A stretch of DNA of 64,000 nt from an uncultured Pseudomonadota bacterium (GTDB lineage Bacteria; Babelota; Babeliae; Babelales; JACPOV01): contig CAZUJC010000002.1 in assembly GCA_964620245.1 (NCBI GenBank), positions 68 to 64,067 on the forward strand, given 5' to 3'. Below, one piece after another: positions 62,489-64,000 of the stretch. The notes under the pieces are model-generated. The model saw nothing but the letters and a program-made list of their open reading frames with translations. It was not told the origin of the DNA and made no database searches. The translations under genes were made by a program, and so were the position numbers. How positions within the stretch are numbered: the stretch's first letter is position 1; every line of letters starts with the position of its first letter.

Positions 62489-64000
62489 ATGTCTCAAAAA
62501 AAAGCAGTTATTGCTTTGTCATTAATTTTATTTAATTGCTTGAATGCAAATGACACGGTTAAAGGTCTAGAAGTTATAGATCCACTAGTTGAAAAAATAT
62601 CTGAAGGTGTTGGCAAAGGTATTGCTACCGGTGTAGCTGATGGTATTGAAAAGGGCGCTGGCGGTATTGTTACCGGTGCTTCAAAAGCATTTGAAGAAGA
62701 ATTTGGTCAAGATGGTCATGCATACGGCGGCGTAAGAAACGTTTTCAGAAGTATTGGTGACCAATTTAAAAAAGAGGGTGAAGGTCGTGCGGCTGTTGAT
62801 AATGCCTTAGGGGCCATTGCCGATTCATTTGGTGAAGATAGTCAGGGCAGACGTGCAGCAATTAATGCAGCACAAACAACCAATACCTATGTTGATAGTG
62901 TTGGTAGTTCTGTGGCAAAAGCTACTGGAAAAGTTGGGATGAATGCAGCTTTAACAGCAATATTTGGCACACTTGGTGCAGCAACGGTATGGTATGGTTC
63001 AAAACTTTTATGGAGCTGGATTGAAAAGAAACTTTTTAAACCTAAAATCCTGATCACTTTTGCAAAAAAAGGAATCGCGCAAAAGAATGCTAAAGAACGA
63101 AAACGAAACAAGATGCCCGAGCCTGTTATGGTTTTCGATTCAGCGCTTCAAAAGCGGTTAGATGGCATCGTAGAAACAACCAAAACAATCAATAAAAAAA
63201 TTAAAGAAAAAAATAAAACAGTCAAATACAGAAATTTATTACTTTACGGGCCACCTGGAACTGGTAAAACTCTTTTTGCTCAACAATTAGCAGAACGAAG
63301 TGATATGGCTTTTGCAATGGCAAGCGGTGCATCTTTTGCCAAAAAGGGAGCGCTTGAAGCAATGGATGAACTGTTTGAATGGGCCAAAAAAAGCAAAGGG
63401 CTGATGCTCTTTATCGATGAGGCGGAATCGCTGTTACCTGATCGTAATGATCTGAAACCTGACAGTGATGCGTATCGCGTGTTTACCAATTTTCTCAATC
63501 ACACGGGAACCCGCAGTGATAGATTTATGATTGTGTTAGCAACAAATCGTTTAGGTGTGATCGATCAAGCAATGCAGCGACGTATCGACGATCTTGTTGA
63601 ACTTGCATTACCGGGAAAAGAGCAACGAAGCGCAGTCTTGCGGGCATACCGTGACATTGTTCTTGCTGATAAAGTGCATAATACTGCCGAGTTTATCGTA
63701 AGTGTATATGCCGTGCTATCTGATGAAAAGATTGAACAAATTGCCCAAAAAACAGCTGGTCTTTCCAATGGTGATCTAGAAGGGATCGTTAATATGATTA
63801 AAACAGACGCTGATACTACAATCGATGGATTGATAACTGAAACTATCGTGGATACAAGTGTCAAGCGTGCACTTGATAAGTATGCTCAGTTTAATCAAAA
63901 ACCGGTATTGAGTGAACCGATGCAGTTGGATCAAAAAACTAAGGGTATAGTCATCGCTCTGATTCTTTCTGTCATTGTTCTCTTGTTTTTATTGCTTCGG
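62489..64000 (+). CDS. Membrane-anchored AAA+ ATPase, ATAD3-like; ORF continues past the right edge
   Basis: My own translation (504 codons, no stop; absent from the ORF track). Signal peptide [20 protein letters not shown], a Gly/Ala-rich region, a TM ([20 protein letters not shown]) and a basic linker. The AAA module is [23 protein letters not shown]..(Walker B) [36 protein letters not shown]. This tracks human ATAD3 ([52 protein letters not shown]) as I recall it. A further hydrophobic segment ([18 protein letters not shown]) sits at the window edge. Confidence 0.82.
   Translation, partial: [504 protein letters not shown]

Overview
This is an AT-rich bacterial chromosomal window. I saw no rRNA, CRISPR array, transposase, integrase or phage genes. 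The centre (17.7-37.0 kb, + strand) is one uninterrupted str-S10-spc-alpha ribosomal super-operon: rpsL-rpsG-fusA-tuf-rpsJ-rplC-rplD-rplW-rplB-rpsS-rplV-rpsC-rplP-rpmC-rpsQ-rplN-rplX-rplE-rpsN(61-aa Zn form)-rpsH-rplF-rplR-rpsE-rplO-secY-adk-map-infA-rpmJ-rpsM-rpsK-rpsD-rpoA-rplQ. A small Nfu protein follows it, and rpmD (L30) is absent. The flanks carry housekeeping genes: murC, a Na+/solute symporter, yidC, recR, an M24B aminopeptidase, an NhaC-type transporter, rplM, rseP, phosphohexomutase, nfo, gap, RNase H, SpoIID, tatD, hup, serS, hemW, umuDC, secD, pgsA and plsY. There are three tRNAs: two with a CAU anticodon and one Leu-GAG. Interspersed are lineage-specific orphans, most with signal peptides. 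I do not see a compact defence or mobile island. The best candidates for something new are: (i) a secreted protein with a clan-CD-like His/Cys dyad next to a secreted 9-cysteine micro-protein; (ii) a membrane-anchored ATAD3-like AAA+ ATPase beside an archaeal/eukaryotic-type ATP-dependent DNA ligase; (iii) a MerR-photolyase-FeS-BCP operon whose second photolyase-family member lacks most of the expected Fe-S cysteines; (iv) a tandem pair of leader-bearing GNAT-like proteins and a tandem pair of 'QNCxCTE' secreted paralogues; (v) a pgsA whose conserved N-terminus has no canonical start codon. Several eukaryote-like proteins, many secreted orphans and eroded operons suggest a host-associated bacterium, possibly a protist endosymbiont of the Dependentiae/TM6 type. 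That is inference only. All family calls rest on motif recognition by eye; no searches were run.
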